Of a DNA stretch of 64,000 nt, positions 44,590 to 55,943 are shown one piece after another. How positions within the stretch are numbered: the first letter of the stretch is position 1; the number at the start of each line of letters is the position of its first letter. The notes beneath the pieces were generated by a model, which saw nothing but the letters and a program-made list of their open reading frames with translations, did no database searches and was not told the DNA's origin. The stretch covers positions 186,001 through 250,000 of the forward strand of contig MEDY01000042.1 of NCBI GenBank assembly GCA_001724265.1, read 5' to 3'. This DNA is from Rhizaria sp. SCN 62-66 (lineage: Eukaryota). The position numbers and the translations under genes were made by a program.

Positions 44590-46003
44590 TCAGTGCAGCG
44601 GCGTGGCCATGGCTGTGACCGTGGGCTCGAGCAGTTCGGCGCGCGACTGCACCAGCGCCAGCTCCTGGCGGCCCAGCACGAGCGTCTTGCGGATGGTGCT
44701 GTGTACAGCGGCCATGGCCTGCTCGAACGCCGTCTGCAGCGGGCTGTGGCGGATGATCTGCGCGAAAAGCAGCGCCGTCGCCAGGTCGCCCGTGCCCGCG
44801 AAGTGCACCGGGTAGCGCGGGAGACGCAGGTGGTACTGGTTCGTCGTGCCGTCGGCGAGGCGCTCAGAGGCGAACGCATGGATGATCTCCTCGTGAATCT
44901 ATACAAATCATCATAGAATGCAAACATAGAAGTCAAATGAGAAGTTATTGAAGAGAAGCAAGATCAAGTAGAAATGACAGATGATTATACGAATATTTTT
45001 GTTATATGTGCGTATATGTCGTACCATTTCGGGGAGCACGTCGGCGACGTCCTCGGGATGGAGGCGCTGGCGCACGCGCGAGTAACTCGGAGTGATGTCG
45101 ACCTCGAGATCGTCCTCCGTGACGGGGACAGGCACGGTCTCGCCGTTCGCGGTCGTCGCCATCGCCGGTGCGAAGGTCGCCGAAGTGATGAACACGGTGC
45201 GCGGGCCGAGCGCGTGGAGCTTGTTGCAGGCGAGGCGCGCGGACGCGAGGTCAGTGATGGTGACACCAGTCAGAAGCTCCGCCTCGGTCTGGTTCGGGGT
45301 GGTGATGTCCGCCAGAGGAAGCAGGTTGTCGCGGTACTTGGCGACGAAGGTCTCGGGCACGTAGAGCGAGCCGTCATCCCCCATCACGGGGTCGCAGAGC
45401 ACCTTAAGCGCGTTTGTCGAGTAGTAGCTGCCGCTGAGCGGGGAAGAGCCGGAGCTGGGGGCCGGGCTGGCGCGGCGGCGCTCGGCCTTGAGAGTCTTGA
45501 TCGCGGCGGTAACGCCGTCAAAGAGCGCGTCATTGGGGATGTAGCCCGTGAGAATGTGCGAGTAGTGCTCCATGAGCTTGTTGGCGCGGAGGCCGTGGAA
45601 CATGTCGGCGAGATCGGCCGGCGTGGTGAACTGGCCGTGGCGGATGTGCGGGTAGCCAGAGTGGTTGCTGAACTGGCACGTGTTCAGCGGGTCCGCCTCG
45701 ATGCCGTGCAGCTGCAGGGGAAAGACGGCAGACTTGTTGCCCACGTAACCATACACTGCGCGAGAAAAATGCATGAAGATGTCAGAGGGAGAAGGCATAG
45801 GGAAGAGTGAGTGGGGAAATGCAAATACGGCGTGGGTTGGGAGAGAGTGGACGGATCTAGCTCTGCGTGGGCGCAAACATGAGTGTCCTTGCGGAATAGC
45901 AACTGCAAGGCGTACCAACAGAGGACTGAATGCAGAGCACGTGGACCTGAGAAGTGCCGGAGCGGCGGGGCGACGGGGAGCGCGAGCGCGACGCGGACGA
46001 CAT
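44590..46003 (-). CDS. PDXK: Pyridoxal kinase (ribokinase/PfkB superfamily), about 375 aa. Exons 46003-45916, 45755-45025 and 44898-44590
   Basis: Spliced product reads [66 protein letters not shown] and anion-hole motif FAGTGDL. Stop TGA. Confidence 0.95.
44899..45024 (-). other. Spliceosomal intron (126 nt)
   Basis: GTACGA..GTATAG, AT-rich; brings GTGD into frame. Confidence 0.88.
45756..45915 (-). other. Spliceosomal intron (160 nt)
   Basis: GTACGC..GCGCAG; restores the [11 protein letters not shown] motif. Confidence 0.9.
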
Positions 46004-47095
46004 CTCCGCGATAAACTGCACGGGGAAGAAGGCAATAAAATGGAGTTTGGAGAGACAAGGTGAGGCGTTCTAAAGGCATACAAAAAGTAAGCATCATAGA
46101 GCCACACTTAATATCGCGAAATGATACCCGTTAATCAGTTGCACGATGGGATGCATACGAAATACAGTGTCGAAATATCCTCTTGATCCTGCCCAATGCC
46201 TGCCAGTCGACATTGCATACGATGACGAAGTATGATCACAAAGTGAAGATAAGCACGTTTGTGGAAGTTCGGAGGTGGTATTTCGGTTGAATTAGGATAT
46301 GTATAGACATTATCTATGTGATAAAAATTATAATCTGAATCTAAGCTAAGCTCACAGTAAAACAATCGCGAAAAGAAAACAGCGCACTATGGATTTGAGG
46401 TTCAAAACAACACAAACCATACCAACAACGACGACTGGTAGCATCCCCTTTTCGAGAACCGAGAAGGGAACTAACGTAAGACAAATATATAACGATGGTT
46501 AGATAAAAATAGGCGTGGCTCGGCCTATCTGCAAGAGTTAACTACTCCTTTTGACGCTGATGGAACAACACATTCAGCGAAAAAAACAACAAAAAAACTC
46601 AACAGTATCGGAGTCACCGCCTTGCTCACAGGATACAAACATAAAATTAAAAAGGATTCAAAGCGCAAAACGAATGGTGATGATATTACACGGTGATTCG
46701 TGGCTATTCGTGTTTTCGAAGATCGCAGTAGCTAGAGACACATGAGTCCTAGTGACATTTGCAGCAATGATATGGACATCATTGATCCTGCTCATACATA
46801 CTTGGATAGGACACTCACAGCGGGCTCTGCAACGTGTGAATAACGCACTAATAGACGACGAACAAAAACACAAACAAAAGAGAGAAGATGATTCGGACAC
46901 ATAGCCGACTCCAAGATGTTGACTTAGTACTCGAAACAGCAAACAACGAACAGACAAGTAGCAAGAGTGAACATATGTAGTAAACAGCACAGAGTTAATT
47001 ATTAACATTTAATACAGAAACGCGGTCATAAAACTCATCTACAATGTTAGATTTGACGTAATCAAGGCTGACTTGAAAATATGATAATGGACATT

Positions 47096-49006
47096 TCACA
47101 CCTGGTTACGTCCATACATCATAACATCGCCGCCATTACTATTGTTTCTGCTATGCATCCCACTATTATTGTTACTATTACTGTTGCTATTGCTGTTATT
47201 GTGCCCATGACCGTGGCCGTGACCACGGTGCTGGTGCTGGCGGCGGCCGCTGTCCTGCCATTCCCTTAGCGCGGGGTCGTCCGGCCGCGGCCCCGAGGCC
47301 TTAGTCAGCCGCGCGACGCCATCGACGGTGATCTCGACCTGGTTCGGCAGCGCGTAGGGGTACGCCACTTCCTCCGTGGTCAGCGGCGAGCGCATTTGCT
47401 GCCGGCCGCAGAGGTCAATCAGGTGCCTGCGGTTCATCATCGCCACCTGCGTGAGCATGTGAGAAGCGCGCTGGTCTTTCTTCTGCTGCCGGACCGCGTC
47501 GGGGTTCACCTGCTGCGCGGCGCGGCGCCGCTCGAGCGCTTTGACGCGCTCGGCGTCTGCGTCGAGCACGGTGATGAGGTCCTCAGGCAGGTCGAACGAG
47601 TCAAGCGTCTCGCCTCCAGAGGTATCGACCCAGCCTGAGGAAACCATGCGCGTGCGCAGCTGGTTGTACAGCGGGCTCTGGCGGAAGCGTGCGAAGGAGT
47701 CTTTGTCCATGAGCTCGAATACCTGCGACTTGACGGAGTCGAAGAGATTGGAGATCTTGTCCAGCACGACTTCGGCGCGGTCGGCGTTCAGGTTCGACAG
47801 CTGCGCGGTCAGTTCCTGCAGCACAGTGTCTGAGATGTTCACCTGAGCCGGGGCGCCGCGCTTGCAATAGAGCTCGAAGATCGAAATGGCAGTCTTGGAG
47901 AGCTCGGCTGCGATTTCACGGTTCAAGATCTTGGTCTCGAGCAGTTTGTTCATGTCGGCCGAGTCGAGCTTGTTCTCCCGCAGCAGCGCCTGGCACTTGT
48001 TGACGAACGTCTGCACTTCGCGCCAGAAGAGGATGTTTTCCTCCGAGAACTCGGACTTCAGGAACTCGACGAACGTGGCGTATCCGACCTTAGAGTTGAT
48101 GATGTCGGCCAAGTTGGAGATGTCAGGCTGGCGACCGAGATAGTAAGCCGCCTCGGAGTCCTTATCGAGGAAAGCGGAGGTGTACAGCGGGCGGTACAGT
48201 GCGGCGACGACGACCCAGAGCATTCCGGCCATGTAGATCGAAAATGCGACGAAAGTTACGTCGACACTCGACTTCATCGCACCGACCAGCACGAAATGCA
48301 AGATCAGCAGCAGCGGCGCGCCGACAGCAACGCCGCGCAGCTCGTGTTTAGCGAGTCCGGAGTCGGGCCCGTATGCCGCGAGCCCAAACGCTAGCCCGCC
48401 GAGCGCGACGAGGTGGATCGCGGTCATCACAGCGCGGAGGATAAAGAGGGGATGGCTGGGCATGTAGTAGGGAATGCACGGCAGCGAGGTCATGACGTGG
48501 CCTGTGGGAAAGCCGTTGCGGCCGACGTCGGAGCCGACGACGCCGCCGATGATGGCGGCGTCGATGACGAGCACGACTGCGGTGAGCACCATGTAGGACT
48601 TAGTGTTAATGACACGCTTCGCGGTCACCATGGACCAGTCGAGTTTGCCGGCCGTCTTGGTCTCTTCCGTAGCGGTCCATTCCGTGATCTGGTTAATAAT
48701 CTTGATAATGCGGAGCTGGTAGAGCACGTACATAGCACGCAGAATAAACGACTGCAGCACTAAAGTCTCACCGACGAGCAGTAGGCTGAGGAAGGCGTCG
48801 CAAGGGACCTTCTCTGAGAGCCCCGAGGTGACTGTGATTGTGGTCGATATCGCAAGTCCGACAATGCAGAGCAGCATCATGTACAGCGGGCGCGTGTTAA
48901 AGGGGAACGTCGGGTGCCGCGTGATGATGAGGTATGCTGCGATGAAGACGGAGAGCGGGATGAGGCACTGGACCGCCCACACGACGGTCGAAGTGAGACT
49001 CACCAT
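47096..49006 (-). CDS. 7TM-RGS protein (seven predicted TM helices plus a regulator of G-protein signalling domain), about 636 aa
   Basis: Seven hydrophobic segments in the first ~280 aa. RGS motifs GYATFVEFLKSEFSEENILFW, IFELYCKRGAPAQVNIS and VFELMDKDSFARFRQS. His/Gly- and Asn/Ser-rich tail. First ATG at 49006. Stop TGA. Confidence 0.9.
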   Translation of the reverse strand: MVSLTSTVVWAVQCLIPLSVFIAAYLIITRHPTFPFNTRPLYMMLLCIVGLAISTTITVTSGLSEKVPCDAFLSLLLVGETLVLQSFILRAMYVLYQLRIIKIINQITEWTATEETKTAGKLDWSMVTAKRVINTKSYMVLTAVVLVIDAAIIGGVVGSDVGRNGFPTGHVMTSLPCIPYYMPSHPLFILRAVMTAIHLVALGGLAFGLAAYGPDSGLAKHELRGVAVGAPLLLILHFVLVGAMKSSVDVTFVAFSIYMAGMLWVVVAALYRPLYTSAFLDKDSEAAYYLGRQPDISNLADIINSKVGYATFVEFLKSEFSEENILFWREVQTFVNKCQALLRENKLDSADMNKLLETKILNREIAAELSKTAISIFELYCKRGAPAQVNISDTVLQELTAQLSNLNADRAEVVLDKISNLFDSVKSQVFELMDKDSFARFRQSPLYNQLRTRMVSSGWVDTSGGETLDSFDLPEDLITVLDADAERVKALERRRAAQQVNPDAVRQQKKDQRASHMLTQVAMMNRRHLIDLCGRQQMRSPLTTEEVAYPYALPNQVEITVDGVARLTKASGPRPDDPALREWQDSGRRQHQHRGHGHGHGHNNSNSNSNSNNNSGMHSRNNSNGGDVMMYGRNQV

Positions 49007-49815
49007 GCTGCGCGCGCGGGGGAGGAAAAACAACGCAACGCGGGAAACGCGGTGAATGTTGCTGTTCCGGTAGACCCGAGGGTGTGTGCGCCTCTGTGCT
49101 GCACTGCTGGTTGAGAGCGGAGAGAGAGACCGCGCGGAGTGGGGCCCCCCGAAGGGAGTAGAGGAGACGACGGCTGACGGACGGGACTGGTCCGCTGGGG
49201 CGCAGGAAAAGGGTTACTGCTCCTGGTGCCCGATTTTAAGAGGTAGGTAAGTTGTTTCTATATAGAAAACAAGGAAACAGTCCGCAATGGCAGAGTTAAT
49301 GGTTGATACGTAAGGATGAGCGAAAGGGTTGAGGGGAGTTTGAGTGAGCAACCGTCGAAACGCATTCGTATTCAAAGCGCGACGAAACAGAGGGTTTTAG
49401 AAAGACAATAAAGGAGTTACAAATATAGAGGTTCTTATAGCTGTTTGAACACAATCACATCCATGTTGACGATCAAGCAAGACGCACAAAACGGAACAAA
49501 GTCACGCCACCAGTCACTTGCTCTTGGTTGGTGGCAGTCGGGCTGGGTTCCAGTCGGTCAACAGCAGTCCGTAATGTCACCTTTCGTATGTCTCATTCCA
49601 ATCGTCAACCGTCACATAACAGCGGCAACGGACACTAACGTACTATTGCATTTTCTTGTTTTATATTCTTTGACAAGCAGAACCCATCGTCGACCGCTGT
49701 CGACCACCTTGCTCAACTAACCACAAAGCCGTTGCCATACCGCATCCGCCAACTACTTGACCTGCTCCTTAACTGTCATCGCTGAGCGTTTGACGCTTCT
49801 GTCTTTGCCTGCACG

Positions 49816-51333
49816 ATGGCTAACCGCACTGACACGCTTGCGCGCCAAATCCACGGCAAAGACCCGCAGCTGTTGATCGAAAAGATCATCCGTAACAAGG
49901 TCTACGACACGCAGTACTGGCGCGAGGAGTGCTTCGGACTCGACGCGGCCACGCTCGTGGACAAGGTTGTCGAGCTCCGCGACGTTGCCGGCACGCTCGG
50001 TAGCATGCGTGTGCCGTCGCGCTTTATCTGCCTGCTCGTGAAGATGTTACAAATTCAGCCCGAGCGCGAGATCATCCTCGAGTACGTCAACGACCCCAAC
50101 TTCCGCTATCTGCGTCTGCTCGGCGCCGTGTACCTCCGACTCACGGCCTCCGCGCGCGACATCTACACCACGCTCGAACCGCTGCTGACGGACGCGCGCA
50201 AGGTCGTCGTCACCGACTCCGACGGCCGTCACACGCTGTCCTACGTAGACCAGGTCATCGACGAGCTACTCACGCTTCCCACCTTCCACGAGATCGCGCT
50301 TCCGCGGCTCGCCAAGCGCGCACACCTGGAGGAGCAGCGGCTGCTGGCGCCGCGCGTCTCTGCGCACCCGGACGGCCACGTCATCGCGCTCGCGGAGGAC
50401 ATCAGCGAGGAGCTGAGGGCGCTGGTGCAGGAGGAGCTCGATACCGAGAGCGCCCGGCGCGGCGCCGTGACGGTGAGCGAGGAGGCCGTGTCCGCGGTCA
50501 AGGCCGCCATCGCCGCCGCGTCGGCTGCGGAAGCGGGCGCGGGTGCGAAGGACGAACGGACCGATGACGACAGGCGCAGTGGCCGCGGCTATGACCGTGA
50601 ACGCAGCAGCCGTGACCGTGACCGTGGCCGTGATTACTCTCGGAGTGACCGTGAGCGCACCGGTGACCGTGGCTATGACCGTGGCCGTAACCGTGACCGT
50701 GACCGTGACCGTGACCGTGACCGCGAGCGTTCTTCAGGTGACCGTAGCCGCGACCGCGAGCGCGACTCTGAGCGCGGTCGCGACTCTGATCGCGACCGCA
50801 ACCGCGACCGCAGTGACCGTGACCGTGACCGTGACCGCAGCAGCAGCAGCAGCAGCAGCAGCAGCGGCAGCAGCGGCGGTTATTGCAGCAGTCGCGACTC
50901 CGACCGCAGCGACCGCAGGGACCGCGACCGCGACCGCGAGCGGGACTCTGAGCGCAGTCGCGATTCGGACTACGACCGCAGTGACCGCGACCGCGAACGC
51001 ACTCGCGATCGCACGAGTGACCGCGAGCGCAGCGATGATCGTGACCGTGAGCGCAGCGATCGCAGCGACAGGGACCGTGAGCGTGACCGGAGTGAGCGCA
51101 ATGACCGTGAGCGCAATGACCGTGAGCGCAGCTCTACTTCTGAGCTCAGCGCTGGCGACCGTAGTCGTGCCTCAGACCGTGACCGTGAACGTGACCGTGA
51201 TCATGAGCGGGACCGTGAGCGTGATAGGCGCAGTAGCAGCGGTGGCAGCAGCAGCTCTCGGAGTGCTGATGTTGGCGCTGACTCTGCTCCGAATGGCAAC
51301 GACGCTGCTGCTGACACGGCTGCTGCTCAGTAA
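49816..51333 (+). CDS. PRP38: Pre-mRNA splicing factor Prp38 (PRPF38A-like) with a long RD/RS dipeptide tail, 505 aa
   Basis: MANRTD...IHGKDPQLLIEKIIRNKVYDTQYWREECFGL, FICLLVKMLQIQP, FRYLRLLGAVYLRLT. Stop TAA. Confidence 0.95.
   Translation: MANRTDTLARQIHGKDPQLLIEKIIRNKVYDTQYWREECFGLDAATLVDKVVELRDVAGTLGSMRVPSRFICLLVKMLQIQPEREIILEYVNDPNFRYLRLLGAVYLRLTASARDIYTTLEPLLTDARKVVVTDSDGRHTLSYVDQVIDELLTLPTFHEIALPRLAKRAHLEEQRLLAPRVSAHPDGHVIALAEDISEELRALVQEELDTESARRGAVTVSEEAVSAVKAAIAAASAAEAGAGAKDERTDDDRRSGRGYDRERSSRDRDRGRDYSRSDRERTGDRGYDRGRNRDRDRDRDRDRERSSGDRSRDRERDSERGRDSDRDRNRDRSDRDRDRDRSSSSSSSSSGSSGGYCSSRDSDRSDRRDRDRDRERDSERSRDSDYDRSDRDRERTRDRTSDRERSDDRDRERSDRSDRDRERDRSERNDRERNDRERSSTSELSAGDRSRASDRDRERDRDHERDRERDRRSSSGGSSSSRSADVGADSAPNGNDAAADTAAAQ
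50590..51230 (+). repeat. Degenerate hexamer repeats (GACCGT/GACCGC/GAGCGC) encoding Arg-Asp/Arg-Glu, including (CGTGAC)5 at 50692-50721 and (AGC)9 at 50839-50865
   Basis: Directly visible; explains the spurious VT/AT-repeat ORFs in other frames. Confidence 0.9.
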
Positions 51334-51744
51334 GATATTCGCGACAAGTATAACCACTGTTTACATAGAACCTATACCAATTTCAAGTTATTATACACTA
51401 AATTCAAGTTTACATTTAAAGAATATCGCGAATCTGCCCACATTCACTGTAGTTTCATTAAGACGTCATCAGTTATGTGTTGTTGCGATTCTTACGTTCG
51501 TCTGCGTGTGACGCGAGGGAGACTAGGTCGGGCGAGTGACTTGTGCGTGTATTGGAAACAATTCCAGAGACTGACAACGTCCGTGTGTGAAGATATATTC
51601 AAACTAGGGAAGTAATCACACGATTTTATCTCTTTTCTGTTTATTGTACTGCTATACTCACTGATTTTGTTCTTGCTGTCGTCCTTTAAGGTTGTCCTCT
51701 CTTCACGTAGTTGCAGCGTCATCGCTCTTTCTCCCTGGGGCACA

Positions 51745-54700
51745 ATGACGTCCTTTTCCCCCATTGTGCCGCCTCTCAACACGTGTTTAGTGCTTCTTAT
51801 TGGCCCCCTCGTACGTAAAGCTACATTTCTCTCTGTTTAATCTTCTATATCAGCTTCAAATCCACTGCCATAGAGACCAATTCTAATATCCTCTTAACCC
51901 TTGCATCACGCTCACATGTCTCTTGCTCCTGCACTTCTCTATCAACCCATTCTGCCATAACACAGCTTGGTGGCTTTACGACCGGTCTATGCGGCTTCGG
52001 CGGCGCGACCATCTTTCAGCTCGTATGGCGCCTGTGCGTGGAGATGATGGGCGTCGACATGGGTGACGGCGACGTCGCTGAGGGCAACCGCCGCTTACTC
52101 GTAGTGTCCGCAGTCCTCACGACAGCACAGTACCTCTCCGTCGCCGTTGCCGCGCTGCGCAAGCCCATCAAACAGTATCACATGCGGTACTTCATTACCC
52201 TGACGCCCGGATTCGCGCTCTTCGTCTGGCTCGGTTCTTATTTAGCGACCGAGCTCAAGTCCGAGGCGTCTACCCACCTGTTCGGCTGCATCCTCGCCGG
52301 CATCGGCTTCTGGGCCATCATCACCACGCATGTCATCGCCACCAAGGACGACGACATGAACCTCCGCGTGTCCACCATCAAGGCCGTGTGCGCAAAGGCT
52401 GGGTATCACACCGAGTTCGAGCACATCAACACCGGCGCGGCGCGGCCCCCTCAGCTCACACAGCAATACGCGGGCGCTGGCGCCGGCGCTGGCGACTCCG
52501 CTAACGGCGCTGATGGTATTGTTGACGGCTTGACTTACGAGGCTGGCGGCGGCTTGACTTCGATCAAGGCACTCAAGTACGAGCCGCCGAGACTGGCGAC
52601 TGAGTCTGACGAGAGGCGTCACTCTGTCTCGCTCTTGCCGTCAGTTCAATCGTACTCATACACGAGTGCGAACAACCAGAACGACAACAACAACAACAAC
52701 AACAACAACAGTAGCAGTCTCTCGATCATCAATAGTGTCAGCGCGAAAAGTGCTGCTGCTGACGCTGCGGCGAGCAGCTCAGCCAGCGGAGTGACCGTGG
52801 GCAACGTCGGCGCAAGTATTGGCGTCGCCGCTGGCGCCGGTGTCCGCATCATCCCCCCTCACGCGGGCGCTGCGGGAAATGTAAGTGCTCCTTACAATGG
52901 CAGTGTCGGAAGCGTGCAGTCGTCGCCGCAGTCGTCGACGCTGGGACAGATGGTGAACAATAATAATGTCAACCACAGCTCGGAGACCCTTGATGAGACG
53001 TCGAGTGTCGCGACTGACGCGTTCACGCCCCACTTAGTCCCCGGTGTAAGTGTAAGTTCCGCGAACGATGCAAGTACCCCGCCCACAGCTTCGGTCGCCA
53101 TGCCTGGGCGCACTCTCTTCACCAATAACAAAGCGACCGCAGCCGCAAACGCTGCTGATGCCAACAGCAACACTGGTGCGGACACTGTAGCGAACATGGC
53201 TCATAACGCTCCCGGCAGTCTCAGCCGCAATAACAACGGCAACGGGAGTCCCGGCGGGTTGCTGCCGGGGGCTGCCACTGCGAACGGCGTCGGCAGCTTT
53301 GGCGGCTCTGGCGCTGGCGTTGGCGTTGGCTCACGGCCCCGGTCGATTTCGGCTGATATCCTTGTCATGCCCAATAGTATCACCAATACCAATATCAATA
53401 ACAGCAACACTGCTAACGCCGCTGATGCTGTAACTGGTGGCGCTGACAAGGCCGGCGACAGCACTGCACAGCATCATAGCTCTGGTGCCAAGGCCAAGGA
53501 TGCTGCGACTGCGGCTGGCAAGCCTGCAGCTGCGGCAACAAACAATAACAGCACGACAGTTGACAGTACTACGGTAACTTCAGTCGGCAGCGGTGCATTG
53601 AGCCACTATGACGCAACCGCTTTGCGTCTTGGTTTCACTTCCAAGAGTAGAAACAACAGCAGCAACGCTCTCGGCGCCGCGGGCAACAGCAACCATAGTG
53701 GTCTTGGACGGGGCCTCGGCGCCGGCCGCAAGCGCTCGTTCGTGCTCATGCGCGCGCCCACCAGTTCTGGGTCTAACAACGCCAATAACCACACCGTCGA
53801 TGTGGGTGGAAGCCTACCGCGCTCACAGTCGCTGCTCTCGGCGTCTAAGGGGGGCGCGTTTAGGACTAAGGGGGACAGTCGCAGTGTGAGTAGGGTTGCT
53901 GACCACTTAGACGGTGGAAGCACACAATTGCATGGCGATGGGAGCGCGGGCAATGCTGGTGTGCGTGTCGGCTTTCTCTCAGTCAAGACAGTGCAGACTC
54001 GTGGAAACAGCAACAACACCGTCACCAGCAGGGCGTCTAAGGGCAACGGCGAGCCCCTTAAGCAAGCGTTGCTACATGACACTGATGACCGCGAGTACTC
54101 GACCATCCACGAGACCACCAACACCCTCGACGACAATGACGGCGACGGTGATGGTGACGATTGCGACGACGAGAATGCTGGCGAGGACGATGGCGACGGC
54201 GTTGTGGACCGCAGTAACGTGCTCGTTGCGTCTTTCGCGCCCGCCGCCCTCAACGCTCACGCGGCCGCCTACGCCGCTTTCACAGCATCGCTCTCTGCCA
54301 ACCACAACTCCAGCAGTGCCAACCCAGCGAACCTTAGCAGCAGCAGCGGCGGCGTGCTGATCGACGCCCCGGGCTCGCCCGACTGCCGCAGCGACACGGC
54401 CGGCAGCGTGTTCAAGTTCGAGTACAACCCCTACTAGGACGAGGACAACGCGGCCGAGCTCGGCCACTCCGGCCCGCTCGGATTCGCGACGCCCCATGCG
54501 CGCGACGCCGTCGCCCATAACAGTGACAAGTGGGGGTACAACGCCGTCGGCTGGCGGCGCTACCGCTGGGCCAAGGGGTTCAAGTCCGTCTGCAAGAGCA
54601 AGCCAGCTGCCGTTACCGGTGTGATCATGGGCTGCGTCGGCGGCTTCCTCAACGGCGCGCTCGGCATCGGCAACTCGTCACTGGTGGCGTACTTTAGCGC

Positions 54701-55115
54701 GCTGCAGCTGACGGGCACGGCGATGCGTGACACGTTCGCGCTCATCTACACCGCGGCCGCGCCCAGTCTGTTCGGCGCACGCGTGTACTACGGCATGGTC
54801 AAGACGGACGAGTGGCTTATCTACACAATGGGGCTGCCGATGAACTACGTGGGCACGTTTGTTGGGCTGTACTTGCACAGCTTTGTGCATAACAAGGTCA
54901 CGCTGTCGTTTGTGCAGGCTGTCGTGCTCATCGGGTCGATTTTGCTCACGAAGCCATGGGTGTCAGGGACTTTCCACAGCGTGATGCTCGGCGTGTACAT
55001 CGCTGTCGTGCTCATCTCGGTCGGAATCGCGGTGTGGAGGGTGCGCAGGGCGAACAAGATCCGCCGGGAAGTGCAGGAAGAGTGCGAGATGATGCTACAA
55101 GAGCTCGGGGGTTGA
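51745..55115 (+). CDS. TauE/SafE (TSUP)-family transporter, about 1,071 aa, with a very large low-complexity central loop and one in-frame TAG at 54435-54437. Exons 51745-51810 and 51966-55115
   Basis: N-half motif LLIGPL|LGGFTTGLCGFGGATIF plus further TM helices. C-half motif GVIMGCVGGFLNGALGIGNSSLVAY plus about 4 TM helices lies in the same frame after the TAG (54621-54438 = 183 nt, no other stop). Terminal TGA. Confidence 0.85.
51811..51965 (+). other. Spliceosomal intron (155 nt)
   Basis: GTACGT..ACACAG, pyrimidine-rich, phase 0. Confidence 0.88.
52686..52709 (+). repeat. (AAC)8 microsatellite encoding poly-Asn
   Basis: Directly visible in the sequence. Confidence 0.9.
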
Positions 55116-55943
55116 GTAAAACATCGCTGCTGCAAGCAAGCACATATCACTCGGGTCCTCGAAGACCGCTGCAACAGTAACCGCAGCGATCGCTTGTCGA
55201 AGATGCCGTGCATGTTTTTTGAGATAATTATTATTTAGTTACGCTTTTTACTTGTTACTGTGCCTTTTAACTAGTGTCAACATTTGCGACGAATGTCTTT
55301 TGTGCTGTATGGAGACGATTGTAGCTCCTCGTGCCACTTACTCTTCCGCCACTGGTCTGAGATGCTGATGTTGAGAGGGATGTTGTCTTGCGATGTCGTC
55401 ATACCATCTTGAATACAGCGTTTTGTTTTATTTATTCAAATCTTTGTGGCTTCTCTGACGCATGCATATCATTCTATCGTCTTGTGGAAGCAAACTGACT
55501 GTGGGTAGCCCACAGTCATGTCAGGTTGGAATTCATGTTATGGAAATCTCGAATATCTCGACTATACAATGTTTATTAAGTTCGCATTGAATATAAACTG
55601 TCGAATCTATAATTGAAAACCTATGACATTTGATATTATATGCATAGGGTCTTGTCCGACCTCGATATGAATGTGTCTTTGTGATCGAGGCGCTCACGGA
55701 GTTGGAATCAACCATTATTTCGACGAAATCAAGGATTTACTGTCAAATCCAAAGACACGCGAAAAATGAAATGCAGAATTACTTACTTTCAATACGTTCA
55801 CATGTTCTTACCAAAGCCACTTTGATATAATCTCTTTTCCTACGTAGAACACCGAGTGGTTAGAAAGATACGCTTCAAGTCGTTCGCAGCAGCGCTCTCT
55901 ATCGATATCTGCCGCGCGCTGCCCGCGCCTTCTTCGACGCAAA

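Noticed and set aside
50590-51230. Possible CRISPR-like or satellite array
   Set aside because: Degenerate coding hexamers with no repeat-spacer structure, in a eukaryotic context.
50543-51511. 322-aa VT/AT-repeat ORF overlapping PRP38
   Set aside because: Alternate-frame translation of the RD hexamer repeats.
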